Below the pieces are notes generated by a model. The model made no database searches. It saw only the letters and a list, made by a program, of their open reading frames with translations, and was not told where the DNA came from. A program made the translations under genes and the position numbers. A stretch of DNA of 29,891 bases from a virus. Taxonomy: Duplodnaviria > Caudoviricetes. The stretch's first letter is position 1. Each line of letters opens with the position of its first letter. Below are positions 27,171 to 29,891 of the stretch, piece after piece. The stretch covers positions 1-29,891 of the IMG/VR virus record IMGVR_UViG_3300044272_001923; one strand, written 5' to 3'.

Positions 27171-27977
27171 TTATTGTTTAGATTGTGGTAAAATTTTTGA
27201 TATTTTAGAATATCGAGGAGCAGTCTTCATTATTTTTTGTCCTTGCATCCAACCTGTATAAGGAACCTTCCCCACACTTAAATCACTAAGCATATGCCAA
27301 TTTATTAATCCTCTTCTTTTAAGAGAGCTCATATATTGTTGTTCCATATCTTTATCATGTGCTGGTCTGTTTAACACATATACTGGCAAATGCCAACTAT
27401 GTGGATCGCAATTACTAACTTTACCACGTTTGTCTTTGGGTCTTGCTTTTATAGTTTTAGCAAAGAAATCAAAACCTATAAGATCAATACTTTTATATGT
27501 TTTTATTTTATCAATAAACCATATAATACTTATAAATCCTGCACTAGGTCTATAATCATTTACACCTAATAAATCTTTATCAAACTCTTTCATTATTTTA
27601 ACTAATTCATCATCAGAATACATTTGTGTATATTTAGGAAAATCTTTTGGTAATCTATCTTCTAATATCCAGTCTTTTAATTTTAAATTTCCTCTACATC
27701 TATTAATTAAAATTTTAGTATTTTTAAATTTACCATTAGTAAATTTTTTTTTTACATTATTATATGATGGTGCTCTAAACTGCCCTGTAATCCATATATC
27801 ACATTTAGTACCTAAAGATTCTTCTTGTAAAGGTGTAGCTTCAATAGCTCTACCAAATCTTACAACAATATCATATTTATCAATAAACTTTGCAAGTTTA
27901 TGATTCATAATCTCTACAGAGTTACCAACAAATATAATACGTTTATTTTTTACAAACTGTTGTATACTTTCCACCAT
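27171..27977 (-). CDS. Glycosyltransferase family 29 (sialyltransferase-like)
   Basis: Sialylmotif L-like RIIFVGNS...IDKYDIVVRFG...LGTKCD, motif S-like RPSAG...IDLIGFDF, motif III-like PHSW and VS-like HxxxxE (HDKDME). Confidence 0.78.
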   Translation of the reverse strand: MVESIQQFVKNKRIIFVGNSVEIMNHKLAKFIDKYDIVVRFGRAIEATPLQEESLGTKCDIWITGQFRAPSYNNVKKKFTNGKFKNTKILINRCRGNLKLKDWILEDRLPKDFPKYTQMYSDDELVKIMKEFDKDLLGVNDYRPSAGFISIIWFIDKIKTYKSIDLIGFDFFAKTIKARPKDKRGKVSNCDPHSWHLPVYVLNRPAHDKDMEQQYMSSLKRRGLINWHMLSDLSVGKVPYTGWMQGQKIMKTAPRYSKISKILPQSKQ

Positions 27978-28603
27978 TCTTCTGATAGTTCACCATTTTT
28001 ATATTCATCAAACCAAGGCCCACCATTTGTATAATGTAATGCTTTAGCATTTTTGCAATCATAATGTCCAACTAAACAATTAAAATCTTTAGGTATTGAA
28101 CCTATATTTTTTTCATTAATAAAATGAAATTCATGTAGCTGTGCAGGTGTTGCATTATCTAAATATTCTTTTGTTAATTTATTTTTAAATTGATCACATC
28201 TAAATACCATTAATGAACTCCAGTTCTTTTTTGGATATGATTTGTTTTGTATACCATTCATTTTGTTAGATTCTGCTTCATAATCATCATGCTTAACAAC
28301 TGCCATTGGCTCATTACCATTTACATATCTTCTTATGTTTCTTGGATCACCCTTCCATAAAAAATCATTATCACAAAACATAGCTATTCCTTTATAATTA
28401 CATAAAAAAGGTACATAAAATCTTGTAAAAGAAAATTCTGTAGATTCTCCTTCTACATCTTCTCTGCCATATATACCAGCTTTTATTAATGCAGCTTTAT
28501 CTAAATAAGTAATGTCTGCTTCTGGCCAGTAATTTAATATAGACTGCTTACATACTTTTGTAGCGTCTTTGTATCTTGAGTCGTGTCCTATAAATATTCT
28601 CAT
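27950..28603 (-). CDS. GT-A fold glycosyltransferase (GT8-like, plant CDI-like)
   Basis: MRIFIGHDSR, STEFSFTRFYVP, DxD (FCDNDF), YPKKNWSSLM, LHYTNGGPWF. Confidence 0.85.
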   Translation of the reverse strand: MRIFIGHDSRYKDATKVCKQSILNYWPEADITYLDKAALIKAGIYGREDVEGESTEFSFTRFYVPFLCNYKGIAMFCDNDFLWKGDPRNIRRYVNGNEPMAVVKHDDYEAESNKMNGIQNKSYPKKNWSSLMVFRCDQFKNKLTKEYLDNATPAQLHEFHFINEKNIGSIPKDFNCLVGHYDCKNAKALHYTNGGPWFDEYKNGELSEEWWKVYNSL

Positions 28604-28604
28604 T

Positions 28605-28949
28605 TTATACTTGTTTACCTGATGTTCTTCTGTTTATATCATCGTGATTAAATTCAGCCCAATATAATTCAAAAGCTACACCATTTTTTAATCCTTCAAA
28701 TTGATGGAACTTACCAGGTTTGACCATAGTAAAGTCTCCAGCTTTTAATATTGTTTCGTCAACAAGACCTTGATCATCTTGCCATACTCTTACGAGCATT
28801 TCACCGGATTCAACAAAAAATCCGTTCCATTTATATTTATGTTCGTGTTCTGAACATTTATATCCTTTATTAAATTCTATTCTGTGAAATTCTAATACAC
28901 CATTTTTATGTATCATCTTGGTATTACCCCAAATTTTACCTGCTTTCAT
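28605..28949 (-). CDS. Cupin-domain protein (sugar isomerase-like)
   Basis: 114 aa; KIWG start, CSEHEHKYK (cupin motif 1) and LKAGDFTMVKPGKFHQF (motif 2). Confidence 0.8.
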   Translation of the reverse strand: MKAGKIWGNTKMIHKNGVLEFHRIEFNKGYKCSEHEHKYKWNGFFVESGEMLVRVWQDDQGLVDETILKAGDFTMVKPGKFHQFEGLKNGVAFELYWAEFNHDDINRRTSGKQV

Positions 28950-28951
28950 TT

Positions 28952-29200
28952 TTATTTACTTATTGGTGACCAAGGTTCTTTAACATTCATATCAAATTTT
29001 TTATTTATATCATAGTACCATTTTTTATATTTTACTGAATCAATAATAACTAAATTATTTGGTACTTCAAACCATTCTCCGTCTGGCATTATAAAAGCAA
29101 CATAACCAACTTTTACTTTTGGTGGTGGTGGACATTCCGGGCAGGAATCAATATTATTTGTAAATAATATTAATACTAAATATATTATTAAATTTTTCAT
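28952..29200 (-). CDS. Small hypothetical secreted/membrane protein
   Basis: 82 aa; hydrophobic N-terminus, CPECPPPP motif; 4-nt overlap with the upstream gene. Confidence 0.55.
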   Translation of the reverse strand: MKNLIIYLVLILFTNNIDSCPECPPPPKVKVGYVAFIMPDGEWFEVPNNLVIIDSVKYKKWYYDINKKFDMNVKEPWSPISK

Positions 29201-29889
29201 AGTTTATTAAAATAAGGTTTAGACCAATTAGCTTTATTCATAAGTCTAGCTTGACTTTGAATTTTTTGTTTTTGTTTAGGTTGCCAATTAATCCAAACAG
29301 GTCTTTTGTTTTGTTTATTTGTAGTTACTTTAAATTTTTCTAATGTTTGATTTGGTTTATTTTTAAAGTGTATACTTATTAATATTCTTGGTCCAATAGT
29401 ATCAACTTTATGATATTGATATTGTGGAATGTATAGCAAATCGCCTGGTTCTAAAATAAACTCTTCAGCTATTTCATTTGGTTTAGCAGGAGCAAATTCT
29501 TTATATACAGTCCATTTAGTTTTACCTTCGGTATGAAATAAAAAGTTTTCAGTACCATCTGCATGAGCAGGAAATGATTTTGAATTAGCTTTAGGTGAAG
29601 CATATACATTTGCTTGACCGTGACCAAAATACTTTTCAAATTCAAAACATATATCAACTAAACTTTCTTTTTCATATTCAACAAATGGTATAACAAAAGT
29701 TCTATCTTCGTTAGTCCATTGTTTATACATTTCTTTTTTAGATAAAAGTATTTCTTGTAATTTATTATTTCTTACTTTATCTAAACACCATCGACCATCG
29801 CCTTCTTTACGATAATCAATAATTTGCAAACCTTTTACATGAGGGTATCTATTTAAATAATTATTAAAATCATTCCACGTAAATAAATT
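29197..29889 (-). CDS. JmjC/cupin_4 2OG-Fe(II) oxygenase (YcfD/ROXA-like), 5'-truncated
   Basis: ANVYASP...FPAHAD (HxD), EGKTKWTVY, LEPGDLLYIPQYQYHKV (distal His). Frame stays open to the window edge (NLFTWNDFNNYLNRYPHVKGLQII...), so the track's start at 29829 is not the true start. Confidence 0.85.
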   Translation of the reverse strand, partial: NLFTWNDFNNYLNRYPHVKGLQIIDYRKEGDGRWCLDKVRNNKLQEILLSKKEMYKQWTNEDRTFVIPFVEYEKESLVDICFEFEKYFGHGQANVYASPKANSKSFPAHADGTENFLFHTEGKTKWTVYKEFAPAKPNEIAEEFILEPGDLLYIPQYQYHKVDTIGPRILISIHFKNKPNQTLEKFKVTTNKQNKRPVWINWQPKQKQKIQSQARLMNKANWSKPYFNKL

Positions 29890-29891
29890 TT

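Noticed and set aside
26963-27181. 72-aa hydrophobic alternative-frame ORF nested in the lipoprotein (possible embedded holin/spanin)
   Set aside because: Its Val/Ile richness is explained by frame-shifted reading of AGT/AAT/GGT low-complexity codons and it runs into the convergent gene; not excluded, but unsupported.
1-29891. Stop-codon reassignment as in some crAss-like phages
   Set aside because: Genes are long, intact and tile the window under the standard code; TAG acts as a stop at 8486, 10407 and 23791.
1-29891. tRNA, CRISPR array, integrase or transposase
   Set aside because: Intergenic gaps are all under about 70 nt and no cloverleaf, spaced repeats or recombinase motifs were seen.

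Overview
AT-rich, gene-dense fragment of a tailed dsDNA bacteriophage genome, most likely a short-tailed marine phage of a Bacteroidota (Flavobacteria-like) host with a Crassvirales-like virion gene layout (inferred from motifs, gene order, absence of Shine-Dalgarno sites and Gln-starting secreted proteins). The + strand (1-27168) carries a 5'-truncated terminase large subunit, portal, scaffold, major capsid, ring/nozzle-like tail proteins (one with cadherin-like domains), a GNAT-like protein, three putative ejection proteins (largest 1959 aa, with an apparent sigma-70 region 2-like segment), three tiny basic proteins (two missing from the ORF track) and an envelope/lysis block. That block contains a duplicated pair (single-TM coiled-coil protein + secreted Cys-free thioredoxin-fold protein) flanking a predicted outer-membrane beta-barrel, followed by an M15 endolysin and a lipoprotein. 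The - strand (27171-29891) carries a convergent modification cluster: JmjC-like hydroxylase (truncated), small secreted protein, cupin, GT8-like and GT29 (sialyltransferase-like) glycosyltransferases. No tRNA, rRNA, CRISPR array or mobile element was seen. All family calls are by-eye motif recognition, not database searches.
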